Positions 54,901-64,000 of a DNA stretch of 64,000 bases are shown one piece after another (positions within the stretch are counted from its first letter, which is position 1; each line of letters starts with the position of its first letter). Where the stretch lies: assembly GCA_946965045.2 (NCBI GenBank), contig OX337242.1, positions 1,426,001-1,490,000 on the forward strand, written 5' to 3'. The notes below the pieces were generated by a model. It searched no databases. It had not been told where the DNA came from and saw only the letters and a list, made by a program, of their open reading frames with translations. The position numbers and the translations under genes are program-made. The DNA is from Epithemia pelagica. Taxonomy: Eukaryota > Protista > Bacillariophyta.

Positions 54901-57900
54901 CATCGAGAAAGACAACACCACGCAGTAGTCCCATGATTTCAACGCTGGATAATCGCTTTACGGCAAGCAGCTCGCACACACCATCAGACTCCGTGACAGA
55001 AGTTCCGGTGGAAGGTAACAGTCGGGCTGTTATCGAAGTTCCTGAGAAGCAAAGCGTTGCTAATATGGCTGATCGCTTCCAGCATATACCACCAAAAGGA
55101 GTATCGCCTCAAGTACGATTGTCAGAATCTCCCACGCCGTATCGGGCTTCTCAGGGCGAACTCAGGTCACCAACTTCTAGAAGAAGCACTGCTTTGGTTG
55201 AATCCACGTCGGCCTCGGGGCGATGGAGAAATGTTGCCCAGCCGTCTCCTACCAACATATCTGTGCCTTCTCCTTCCGCTCAAGATTTTAGGTGGCGCAG
55301 CACCTCTCCAGTTCACTCAGAAGCGTCAAATGATTTCGCGAGGCGGAAGAACACCCGTCAACATGATGCTATGAGGAACGACCCGGATAATCAACCTCTT
55401 TCTCCTGGCCATGCGCGTGTCTTGCAGGAGCAGGCTCGGTGGCGCAGTCCATCTCCTCAGGGTTCAGAGGCCTCGTCCAATAACAAATTTAAGTCTTCTG
55501 GGCGTCCTTCATGGGTACGACCAGTTGATACTTCACCAGGGCGCGAATCACACGAACCCAAACCAGATTCACCTTCACGATTGACCCCTCGTAATTCACT
55601 CGGAGACGTTCGACGTCTTCAGGGTCAGTCAATTACTCCGCGATCTTTAGCGTCGCCTTCATCCATGAGAGCAAGGGATGGAACCCTCGTCAACCCAAGT
55701 CCACTTCAACATGGAAGCGATACACAGCGTCTCCCTCCAGGATCTCCGCACTTCCCCAGTCCTCGTAATCGTCCCCAGCAGACAAGCCAGCCATACGGGC
55801 GAAAATTTCACGACGTTGACGACAGGTCTGAGGCCTCTGGTGCTGCGCCTTCAATGCGCCGAGCTCTCTCCCCGAGCTCTCACCAGAATCGTGGGCACGA
55901 CCAGCCTAAGTTCTCAAATGATCGAAAATATAGTGATGTACAATTCCGCACTGATCGCGACCAAAGCCCGGTCATTCCAGGCCATGCGACAGAAAATGCA
56001 GTGCCCAATCCTCGATCGCCTATACGAGGAGATAGCAATGTTCCAGGAATGCATGGACGTTCACAAGAAGCCTTGGTAGGTCATCCAGGGGGACCACGTC
56101 CTGCATACTTGACTTCTCCTCCAACTCTACCGGCGGAAGCGCGGAGCAAAGACGCTTTTCAAGAACTCCAACAGAAGTTGTTAAAACGACAGCATGATAT
56201 CGAAGTTACGTCAATGGCGAGCACCCCGAACATTGAAAATTCATCGGCAATGACTGTTGCTAGGGCAACTGCTTCCATTATGGACAACGATGGATATGGA
56301 GATGAGAAAAAGTCTTCTGAGGCTGATGAAGTTCAACCTATTCGTGACAGATCAATGCACGCTGAGTCACCTAGAACACTAGGTGAGTTGGCGGCCCAGT
56401 CGATTCATGCCATGGACTATGACCAAGAATCTCTTGAGCATGGTGGAAACTCCAAGTCAAGTTCCCCTACGGTTGATGATGAGGCTTTGCGCAATTACAC
56501 ATCATCGGTTCCAAATACACATGCTGTTCCACCTGAATTTGCTGCAACTGTCTCTCCGCCTCGGTATAGTGAGGGAAAGGACAGCCACCATCGTTCTCAA
56601 ATGGAAATGGACCATGAGAGCGAGGTTGTGTTTGGAGACCCAGAAACATACGGTGCCGCAGGTGGCGGGGTTGATCGTGCTCCTCCCACTGTAGCGGATC
56701 GGGCAAAGGCAATCGCGGATTGGAAAGGCGGCATGGGTACTAAACCCAGATCCGGTGATCTGACAGATAAACCGAGCTTCAATATGCACGTTGAGAGTGA
56801 AACGAAGCTTTATCCATTGTATGAAGATAGTCCTGACCAGGGAGATCATAATTCCCAGGGGATTAAATCTGACCGAGTCGACTCGTCAGATCCAAATAAC
56901 CCCAGTGGGGCTTCGGCTGTTTTGCGGTTCTGGAACCAAACAACCGCCGAAGAGTTGGAAAATGCAGAGCAGTTTAAGGACGAAGACCCTGGTGTTGCTG
57001 ACTACGTGTCGGACGTGCAATTATCCGACATCCACGAGCAAACTCAGGTCAACACGAACAGGTTGATTTCTCCAAGCACGGTACGAGAACTTCGTCACTT
57101 CCGCAACCGCAGCGATGGCCAAACTGAAGGAACCGAAAAACCAAATGGTGGAACGAGGGCGGAATCAAGATCTGGGACCGATGTCAAGGCCCCTGATCCG
57201 TTTTCACCAAACGCTATAAATGATTTGAAAGCCCCGACGAAGACATCGAACGGGACTTTTAGCGCTTTCTGGGGAGAAAGTGACAACTTTGATAGGAAAA
57301 GTGGGTTTGGTGACGATGGTAACACCTTTTCCGATATGGACGCATTTCCGGTGGATGGATTCGTGGGAGACAATGCATTTGGTTTCGAAGATATGGATAA
57401 ATTTGGCAGTCCTACAGATGGCTTTGCCTTGAGCTCAGAGCCAGCGACAGATTCTGGCTTTGATCAATCTGCTATATTTGGTTCGTCACAAGGTTTCGAT
57501 GTGAGCGCTTCACAACCTGACGGGTTCGACTCTTCGGGATTTCCGTCGACAGACGCCTTTTCGAGTACCGAGCCCATTCGTATGCCACAAACAGAGTTCA
57601 ATAAGAAGACTGGCCACGATAGTGATGGTTTCCCAATGGCTTACGAGTTTGCCAATGGGGCCGATGGATTCCCAACTGACCATGTGATCTCTGCCAGCAA
57701 CAAAGGTGCAACAAGTCACTTTTCGGAATCGCATCAACCAAGCAATGAGTTTAGCTCATCTGACCCATTCAGCTCAACTGAGCACCGGATGACTGTCAGC
57801 GACAAAGGTACAACAAGTCACTTAACGGAATCGCATCAACCAAGTAATGAGTTTAGCTCATCTGACCCATTCAGCTCAACTGAGCACCGGATGACTGTCA

Positions 57901-58736
57901 GCGACAAAGGTACAACAAGTCACTTTACGGAATCGCATCAACCAAGTAATGAGTTTAGCTCAACTGACCCATTCAGCACAACTGAGCACATGATGACTGT
58001 CAGCGACCAAGGTACAACAAGTCACTTTTCCGAATCGCATCAACCAAGCAATGAGTTTAGCTCAACTGACCCATTCAGCACAACTGAGCACATGATGACT
58101 GTCAGCGACAAAGGTACAACAAGTCACTTTTCCGAATCGCATCAACCAAGCAATGAGTTTAGCTCATCTGATCCATTTGGCCCCGGGTTCAGTCAATCGG
58201 CAGTTCTTCCAGATGATGGATTCGGGACGGGCTTCATGACCGAAAACGCATACGATGAACCTGAGTCCATGCCTATGGAAACTGATCCTACCGTATTTCC
58301 ATCAGATTTCGTGTCAGGTCAGCAGAACGACCAGCCTATACAAGAGGGAAATGTAGACTCTGACGATCTTTTTCTCCCTTCGTCATCTTCGTCGCAAAAA
58401 GCAGAGGATAACGCAGAAATGCTTCGAAGCCAGGAGTCAAATTTGCGGCCCCCAAGCCGAGCTGAAGACAACCGAGGAGCAACTTGGTTGCCTCCTCAAA
58501 GATCAAACTTATCGCAGGATACGTACCAGCAGCGCCAACAGTCCACTTTCGATCGCCTGTACGATGAAGAGTCAACACAGGAACCAATATGGAGTTTTGA
58601 AACTGGTATAGGTACATATTTTGAACGGGATCGTCAGAAAATCGATCCTGCAAAGGCGGAGCCGGCAGAGAATGCGGCTACAACTGAACTTCCCCGCATT
58701 GAAGAAACTCCAAGATCAACAGCCGTCGAAATTTAA
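51927..58736 (+). CDS. Very large (2,269 aa) S/P-rich low-complexity protein with a C-terminal Phe-motif/DPF-rich region
   Basis: A single uninterrupted ORF of 6.8 kb; ACCATG start at 51927; no recognisable globular domain. Confidence 0.85.
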   Translation: MSSLRSSSLADKISRSRRLKLMSSSPSPTPSVEASKTNSSDKMESTLSASKPSSASSGVPLSKAERRKRLAKAHMKQTMGGIQAASSTASSSDDEKLQQQTHSQNAQPPSTATNASSLAEKRRRAMSRVATRMAAPPKPIAESYSNESSGISSGPSSPQEQQQKTTTGFSSKVTSSAGSSTKSKEDQSAKQKQQETGEAPSRSSHSLYSKYSSRSMMRRSSPSPSPASRSSPSKQKADAKEELEPAKSTEQPSSKSRSVTSKNSSAVKAALAAARPRLRGGPETSSNMEDKPPLSVEHDDAASLSSLRSENKAPVSSASKKATAIGANKRRYRTRSLSPAPNKMISLATPDAVEVQQTLSQEQPNVESMKQEQGKTVISMELPKKPVPMKMSKFMDKQNQNENTTVNHDQTPVSSLDISPAQVAPSAVHFTPVQPVDEKEPQEERKDDEINNEEEPEVSALTGGVVEEHKEDEKSSRLSVSEIKNRFKGSASPVPPPVSSHLHSHPSSHVQHHPIRSHSPMTTSSHGASRRMVSPAPPAHTTTAPVRSYSPAPVPYQRASSPVAGTLSSAPPIEQPMPQPVPYRSVQPPPGVYRPTSQAPYVPEPKTSSLTRQEESHRDEARERAPVNTGRQHGPGYQINQNQSTPERSSFPFNLQSRRVASPTPSQGSSSVMGRQTPSRHLHLNPVVVQPVGLPDLGPISPSTVSLDHKSSADISPNSADMVKTNREFPSIEKVASSKSKESPRRGAPSLSIQQEFQKDVSMNPSPQSHVDAGRSHFNPHQRRVDHHQDTNLYSETDDRSSPALPTRSTAVTRTLQHHSNDRNVDREYAGDQSPRLETSSSVVGSGRVTIETPESVSVSKFKAQFEKPENVALRPEKSSVVPGKWNQQRSNASEVRDSRHEQLNRQSTNQGQNGRPQVHRDVAEQHDSSSDHPSYSTGNDEDQHAQEMSANQPKPSIMNYWKNRIDGTGNSRSTVENHEHRRAPGSPPRSPSRKTTPRSSPMISTLDNRFTASSSHTPSDSVTEVPVEGNSRAVIEVPEKQSVANMADRFQHIPPKGVSPQVRLSESPTPYRASQGELRSPTSRRSTALVESTSASGRWRNVAQPSPTNISVPSPSAQDFRWRSTSPVHSEASNDFARRKNTRQHDAMRNDPDNQPLSPGHARVLQEQARWRSPSPQGSEASSNNKFKSSGRPSWVRPVDTSPGRESHEPKPDSPSRLTPRNSLGDVRRLQGQSITPRSLASPSSMRARDGTLVNPSPLQHGSDTQRLPPGSPHFPSPRNRPQQTSQPYGRKFHDVDDRSEASGAAPSMRRALSPSSHQNRGHDQPKFSNDRKYSDVQFRTDRDQSPVIPGHATENAVPNPRSPIRGDSNVPGMHGRSQEALVGHPGGPRPAYLTSPPTLPAEARSKDAFQELQQKLLKRQHDIEVTSMASTPNIENSSAMTVARATASIMDNDGYGDEKKSSEADEVQPIRDRSMHAESPRTLGELAAQSIHAMDYDQESLEHGGNSKSSSPTVDDEALRNYTSSVPNTHAVPPEFAATVSPPRYSEGKDSHHRSQMEMDHESEVVFGDPETYGAAGGGVDRAPPTVADRAKAIADWKGGMGTKPRSGDLTDKPSFNMHVESETKLYPLYEDSPDQGDHNSQGIKSDRVDSSDPNNPSGASAVLRFWNQTTAEELENAEQFKDEDPGVADYVSDVQLSDIHEQTQVNTNRLISPSTVRELRHFRNRSDGQTEGTEKPNGGTRAESRSGTDVKAPDPFSPNAINDLKAPTKTSNGTFSAFWGESDNFDRKSGFGDDGNTFSDMDAFPVDGFVGDNAFGFEDMDKFGSPTDGFALSSEPATDSGFDQSAIFGSSQGFDVSASQPDGFDSSGFPSTDAFSSTEPIRMPQTEFNKKTGHDSDGFPMAYEFANGADGFPTDHVISASNKGATSHFSESHQPSNEFSSSDPFSSTEHRMTVSDKGTTSHLTESHQPSNEFSSSDPFSSTEHRMTVSDKGTTSHFTESHQPSNEFSSTDPFSTTEHMMTVSDQGTTSHFSESHQPSNEFSSTDPFSTTEHMMTVSDKGTTSHFSESHQPSNEFSSSDPFGPGFSQSAVLPDDGFGTGFMTENAYDEPESMPMETDPTVFPSDFVSGQQNDQPIQEGNVDSDDLFLPSSSSSQKAEDNAEMLRSQESNLRPPSRAEDNRGATWLPPQRSNLSQDTYQQRQQSTFDRLYDEESTQEPIWSFETGIGTYFERDRQKIDPAKAEPAENAATTELPRIEETPRSTAVEI
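57695..58178 (+). repeat. Coding tandem repeat, about 4.7 copies of a 102-bp (34-aa) unit
   Basis: Units start near 57697, 57799, 57901, 58003 and 58105; consensus VSDKGTTSHFSESHQPSNEFSSSDPFSSTEHRMT. Confidence 0.95.
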
Positions 58737-59037
58737 ATGTTAGCTGTGTAAGGTAGACTTGATATTTATTTGCATGAAGCTAACCTATTGGCAGGTAGGA
58801 GTAGCTATTTTCGTTTGGTCAACCGTGGACCAAAGAATCGTTGACTTGACATCGGCGTTCGACTGCTTTAACACCATAATTTGTGTCGAAAAGGGAATAT
58901 AAAAACAGCAACATACTCAGGAAAGGCTGGCATGTGGAGTCGCAATTATAGTCAATACAGAACCACTAGTTTATCTTCTATTTCTGATAGCGATGTTTGA
59001 CGCACTTGTTGCGGTCTTTGAAGCTTGGTAGAAAGCA

Positions 59038-59463
59038 TCACTTTTTGTCAGAATCACCGTATGTCAAAAGTTCGTCGATGATAAGTCCAAGAAAGCTGGT
59101 GTACATGACACCAGCACTCCCGTCCAGAAACTGTTCAAAAAAGTTTTCGCCGACAACACCAGCACGCTCGGATCGTTCAGCTCTTGACCGGGACATCCAA
59201 AGTTTAACTCTTTTCAGAACATTGTCACCCTTTACACGAAGTTGGCAAACATTGACAAGGTCTTTCTTTAGTTCGGCAGCAGTTTCAAGTTCAGCGACCG
59301 TATCATGTTCAGCACCATTCTCGGCGTCGTCGTCGTCAAGCAAGAAGTTTTCTTCATCTTCCTCCTCTTCGTCTTCTGCGGGGTTGTACCATGCTGACAA
59401 GCCGCTGTCGAAGTGCTTCCGAGTGAAGCGGTACGACAGGGAATGGAGAAAACATGTTGGCAA
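59038..59463 (-). CDS. Hypothetical protein, probable last exon (5' structure unresolved)
   Basis: Open frame with an acidic stretch and a helical-looking C-terminus. A possible signal-peptide exon MFLLLLYPAVLALALS lies near 59530-59605 but its donor site is weak. Confidence 0.35.
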   Translation of the reverse strand: MPTCFLHSLSYRFTRKHFDSGLSAWYNPAEDEEEEDEENFLLDDDDAENGAEHDTVAELETAAELKKDLVNVCQLRVKGDNVLKRVKLWMSRSRAERSERAGVVGENFFEQFLDGSAGVMYTSFLGLIIDELLTYGDSDKK

Positions 59464-59991
59464 GCTTTTTAGTATTGACTTCTAAGGGGTTTGTATGGAA
59501 ACAAGGGGAAAAGCTAAGCTTCAACGACCTTCCGATACCGTCGACGTTCGCAGTTGACAACGCTAGAGCCAGAACAGCTGGGTACAACAGCAGCAGAAAC
59601 ATGTGCCTACAAGTTTCTGTCGTCGCCCAGCGGGTACATCGGTCATAAATTTGGAGTACGTTGAGAGTGCCTATTGGCTGGAAGCTCCATAGAATCCACA
59701 GAAGCAGCACAGTCGTGCGGAGCAACAAGCGATACAGAACGGTGAATTTGTCTACGGCGACCTTGCAGACGACTCCGTGAAAATCATAATTGGGCCGGCA
59801 ACTTGCGGATGACGGCGACGAATTCCTGCTATTACAGGCGGAAAGTGGCACCATCGCGCCGAAATGCTGGTCGCTCGCCTCAGTTTTGAAACTCATGCCA
59901 CAGTGAAGCCGAAGAATGGGGCATCGCATCTCCAGCTGAACACAGAGCGGGTACCTAACGCCGGCATTCTCTTCGCTTTTTAATTCCCCTG

Positions 59992-61671
59992 TCAACGATT
60001 TTCCCAGCAATGGTGCGTTCCGTAAAATGGTGGGAAAAGTTCTTCCCCACATTCGTAACAGAAATGTGCCCCACAAGTACATGTAATATGGAAACAGCCC
60101 TCTTCACGAACAACGCCATGAGAGCAAACCGGACAAACTTGTCCCTCTTTCTTGTCCAGCCAGTCACGGATTGCTAGAGCCTTTTCAATCCTCGCTTGTG
60201 CATAAGTTTTGATCCAGGGATACCTGGCTTCGCATCGTTCCTGCAAATGTTTTTCTGCTCTCCAATAGCGGCGCGCCAATTTTAACGTCTGAACACCATT
60301 GCAGGAGGACGACAAGTGCTCCATTCGTTTCTTTTCCTTATCGCCTCCACGAACCCGTTCGATACAATACTCACAACGCATTGTCCCACAAATGTTACAC
60401 ACAACAACAAAATCATCAATCTTCAGTTTCCTCATGACTCCTTTACCTTCAGGACAATCCAAACATTGCGGTAACAGCTGAGAGATTGGATGTTTCAGGT
60501 CATGGTACCAAGTCCGGACACGGTCCAAATCAGTCATGGAAAGATATGGTTTGACAGTACCCATGACGCGAATCCCTTGACGACACTTGGTTATGGGACA
60601 CTTGAATGGGTTGTCGTTGAGTCTGTACTGGTTAATCTCTTGCACTTGAATCGAAATGTATTGAGTAAAGCAGTCCTTACAAACATGATGATTGCAATCC
60701 AAGAGCACCATGTCTTGTAAAACATAGTCATCTTCCAAACAAATGGGACAAGTCCGAGGCAACCATTTCTTGTGCTGTAGAATACAAGGATGTAGCCACC
60801 ACTGTGGAGCTTTGTCTGGATTAGTCCTTGACTTTGGTTTTTGTGATGCTTCATGTTTTTTCGGCCAGAGTTTCGACGGGGTCGTTCGCTTTCTCGTTCC
60901 GGAGAATGCATCGTACCATATCATTTCAAAACTCCCCTTGCTCGTTGCCAATGGATTAAAGACCAGAGAGTCGATCGACGACCGCCATCTCCAATGGGTT
61001 TCACAACGAGGCATGATGATAAGAAAATGCCCTTCGTCCGATAGTGGAATGGGGGAGAAGAAGTCCAAGGCGTTCAATTCCATAAAGGCGCAAACAGAGA
61101 ACGAAGTAAACTGGTCTGATAGCACAGAGCTGGCCTCCTTTTGGAGCCAACGAATCCATGGTTCTTTTCGATCAGGTGGCCAGGATTCTGGATAAGGAGT
61201 CGTTTTGGCAAGGGCAACTGACACAGATACAGGCTGTCCATCATTGCTCATATCTGCTTCGCAACTTTCGTCGAGTTTGTATGCAAACATGAGCTGGAGG
61301 CGGAGAGCTGAAGAGGCATCTCTTTTCAAAGGTTCGCACGTGTCAGTCGACGGATTGGCCTTAAACGTCCAGAATCGATAATGATCTGGCTCCAGATACT
61401 CAGGTTGCGCAAATATGGCCATATCAACGGCATGGATAGGAAGTTCAATTATCGCCACGCTGTCAATGTTTCCAATCAATGATGCTGCTTCCTTAAAACT
61501 CTCATTTTCTTTCAAAAGATCAGCAAAACGGTCGCATTGACTTGGAAGGGGAAAATAGTCTGTGTGAACTCGGCCCGACGAATCTTCCTCGCCTCCAGTG
61601 TAGATGAGACAGGTTGCTTCCCAATCAGCGTTATCGAAGTAAGGAACGTTATCTTCATCTGTATTTTCCAT
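59992..61671 (-). CDS. RBR-type (RING1-IBR-RING2) E3 ubiquitin ligase
   Basis: RING1 CPICLED..LLDCNHHVCKDC...CPITKC, IBR CLDCPE...CNIC...CEYC, RING2 CPVC...EEGCFHITC.CGAHFCYECG with the catalytic Cys. Confidence 0.9.
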   Translation of the reverse strand: MENTDEDNVPYFDNADWEATCLIYTGGEEDSSGRVHTDYFPLPSQCDRFADLLKENESFKEAASLIGNIDSVAIIELPIHAVDMAIFAQPEYLEPDHYRFWTFKANPSTDTCEPLKRDASSALRLQLMFAYKLDESCEADMSNDGQPVSVSVALAKTTPYPESWPPDRKEPWIRWLQKEASSVLSDQFTSFSVCAFMELNALDFFSPIPLSDEGHFLIIMPRCETHWRWRSSIDSLVFNPLATSKGSFEMIWYDAFSGTRKRTTPSKLWPKKHEASQKPKSRTNPDKAPQWWLHPCILQHKKWLPRTCPICLEDDYVLQDMVLLDCNHHVCKDCFTQYISIQVQEINQYRLNDNPFKCPITKCRQGIRVMGTVKPYLSMTDLDRVRTWYHDLKHPISQLLPQCLDCPEGKGVMRKLKIDDFVVVCNICGTMRCEYCIERVRGGDKEKKRMEHLSSSCNGVQTLKLARRYWRAEKHLQERCEARYPWIKTYAQARIEKALAIRDWLDKKEGQVCPVCSHGVVREEGCFHITCTCGAHFCYECGEELFPPFYGTHHCWENR

Positions 61672-62099
61672 GTCACAGCTTTCGAGATCTCAAAGGAAAC
61701 AGATCTATTCCACGATGATCATGGGTCACATGTTTGTGCCCGAAGGACACATGATCACAATCATCTCAATGGGAGGAGCGAATGAATCCAAGCTTCAAAG
61801 TGAGAAACGTGCTCGCAGACGTGCTCGCACTAACCTGACTATGTGTCCAAAGGAGTGCACTCTGCTTACCCAAGAAGGAGTATGATGATATGATATTAGA
61901 ATCAACATTAGAATCAACAAATCGGAATGCAACATGATCAAGAGTTGTTGTCAAAGTAACGAAATCGACAAAAAACTTATTGTTGTACACCCCTTAGCAC
62001 TAGGTAAATTGAGTCTCAGGAAACTTTGTGAAATAGCCTTTCTTGGCCGTCTGCTTTGTTTCTTCCGACAACTAACAGCGGAGTAACTAGGATGCACGA

Positions 62100-63705
62100 T
62101 CACTTAATCTCATCTGCAAGATCGGATTCGTCCACCACAATGGTTGATTCGTTGTCCACAATGGGTGATTCCATCGGTTCAAACAAAATTGTGTGATATT
62201 CGTCATCGGTACTTGCGTTACCACCACTCCCATCTTGAACGGTACTTGGAGTAGTATCATTACCACCCGGTATTACAAGCCTTCGCCCAGATGGCAAAAA
62301 TGGCAGGGAGTTTTGCCTTCTTGTTGCCAAGGCTTTGTTTACTTCCTCAACAATCAATTCTTTTGGATCTTCGGAACACCCGTGTATGTGTGGATCCATT
62401 TGTAGGTACTCGTAACGAAGTCCTTTTCTTGGAGTCCGCCAATTGCGACTCACCAACGCCCCCACCAGGTAGAAAAAGGGCGGCATAGTCACAAACGACC
62501 ACATCGATACGGCAGCGGCGCCAATCACTTGATACCCCAGCAAGCGAAACCCACCCCCTCGAAATAAGCCATTTTCAACCAAGTCCACTCCCGGCAAATC
62601 TTTATCACCAAACAGTCCAACACATAATACTCCAAAGAGTCCCCCCATCCCATGGACTCCCAAGGCACCGACGGGGTCGTCTAAGCGGAAATATCTCTTG
62701 ACCACAAAGTCGTTGGTAAGATTCCCCAACACCGCGGATACGGCACCAATCACTAGAGAGTCATACGTGTGTACAACTGCACATGTGGGAGAGCTGGCCA
62801 CCAAGGCAGCCAAAATTCCATTTACCACGTCTCCCGGACGATAATATTTGCCACCGGTAATCCACTTGCTGTAAAACATGGCGATGATTCCCCCGCCGGA
62901 CGACGCATTGATGGTGTTGACTCCAGCTCGTGCTGCAACAAGCCACTTATCATCTGTAATCCCAAAGGTGGAGCCACAGTTGAAACCAATCCATCCCCAC
63001 CAAAGCATAAACAACCCAAACAGCATACTGGTAGGAGATGATTCTTCAAAGTCCGACTCTGGTCGGGTGCCATCAAACCGTCCAACTCGGGGTCCCACAA
63101 ACAATATGGCCACCAAACCATTCATTGCACCGTGTAAATGGACTGCCGATTCACCGGCAAAATCATGAAATCCCAGCTCGGCCAACCACCCGTCGTCGGA
63201 CCATATCCAGTGCGCGCAAAAGGCGTAAATAACAACCGCATAAAAGGCAAAGGCTGAATAGACTTCGAATTTCATCCGCATGGCAATGCATCCACTCACG
63301 ATTGTCGCGGAAGTCGCTGCAAAACTTAGTTGAAACAAGTACCTCGAATACAAAACTCCAGAATCAATGGCCGAATTTGTTTGGTCCACCTCACCATCAG
63401 GGAAAAAGTCGCCCAAACCCATGAATGGATTGGATGGTGTTCCGTAGGCTATACCGTAACCCAACATATAAAACGCCAAAGCTCCGTATATAATGTCGGT
63501 CACATTTTTTAGCATGGACCGTACTGCATCCAATCTCGAGCAACCCGAACCCCGATTGCATGGTGAAAATCACAAAACTAGAAGTCAAAATCCATATTGC
63601 GTCGTCCTTCCATTGCTCATTTTCTTGGTCCGTCTTTAATAGGTCATCCAATACGGGACAGCTTTCACCCAATGCAACGCAACCATCCGTGAATTCGGCG
63701 CTCAT
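62100..63705 (-). pseudogene. AMT: Ammonium transporter (Amt/Mep/Rh), frameshifted near 63515-63530 in this sequence
   Basis: FTMQSGFGLLE, FQLSFAATSATIVSG, AHWIW..DGWL..LG..DFAG...VH, WWGWIGFNCGS and DDPVGA..VHG motifs. The 5' 60 codons and the rest lie in different frames. Confidence 0.85.
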
Positions 63706-64000
63706 ATCCGACTGTGTAGTCCGAGAAATGTGCAGAGAAACTAGAGACCCGAAACAAGGCTACGAAAAATTCAGCAAAAAGTATTGCCGCGGAGACGCGG
63801 CCAGTGCAACAGGCGGCAAATGATGAAGACTCTTTTTTCGTTCTCCACCAAAGCTTTGTCGATTGACTGGATTCTGAGAAGAGATGGAAAGCCCAAATGT
63901 TTTTGTTTTGTTTTTTGTTTTGTTCTTCTATTTTTCTTTGATTTTGGATGACAATAATCAAGTAGAGGAAAGAAGTGCGCGATGAGCGCGCTGCCCATTG

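Noticed and set aside
57695-58178. Regularly spaced repeats suggesting a CRISPR array
   Set aside because: Head-to-tail in-frame 102-bp coding repeats with no unique spacers, in a eukaryotic gene; no cas genes.
59354-60167. 242-aa and 70-aa minus-strand ORFs
   Set aside because: They overlap the RBR ligase 3' end in other frames and lack recognisable features.
1-64000. GTG/TTG starts in the supplied ORF track, and tRNA/rRNA candidates (e.g. GGTTCGA at 47424 and 57524)
   Set aside because: Eukaryotic genes, so starts were moved to the first plausible ATG. The T-loop-like heptamers lie inside CDSs without a cloverleaf.

Overview
Gene-dense eukaryotic DNA with short GT-AG introns. It is most likely from a pennate diatom (inference from bipartite plastid-targeting N-termini, intron style and diatom-type surface proteins). 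About 27 host genes can be supported: a 2OG-Fe(II) oxygenase, a plastid IscA/SufA protein, class 1A DHODH, four tandem K/G- and/or P/T/S-rich type-I membrane proteins, EME1, two delta-9-type desaturases, a BT1 transporter, DP, PIG-A, a Nudix hydrolase, two head-to-head 14-3-3 genes, a SNF2/RING helicase, a 2,269-aa low-complexity protein, an RBR E3 ligase and a frameshifted ammonium transporter. The standout is a fully delimited 7,070-bp hAT DNA transposon (23577-30646). It has 16-bp TIRs with one mismatch, a perfect 8-bp target-site duplication GTTGGCAG and inward-facing subterminal repeat arrays. Besides its twice-frameshifted transposase, it carries an intact, intronless passenger ORF ending in an endonuclease III/NTHL1-like HhH-GPD DNA glycosylase domain. 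It sits about 310 bp upstream of the second desaturase. No tRNA, rRNA or CRISPR was recognised. All calls come from reading the sequence; no database searches were run, so novelty is unverified.
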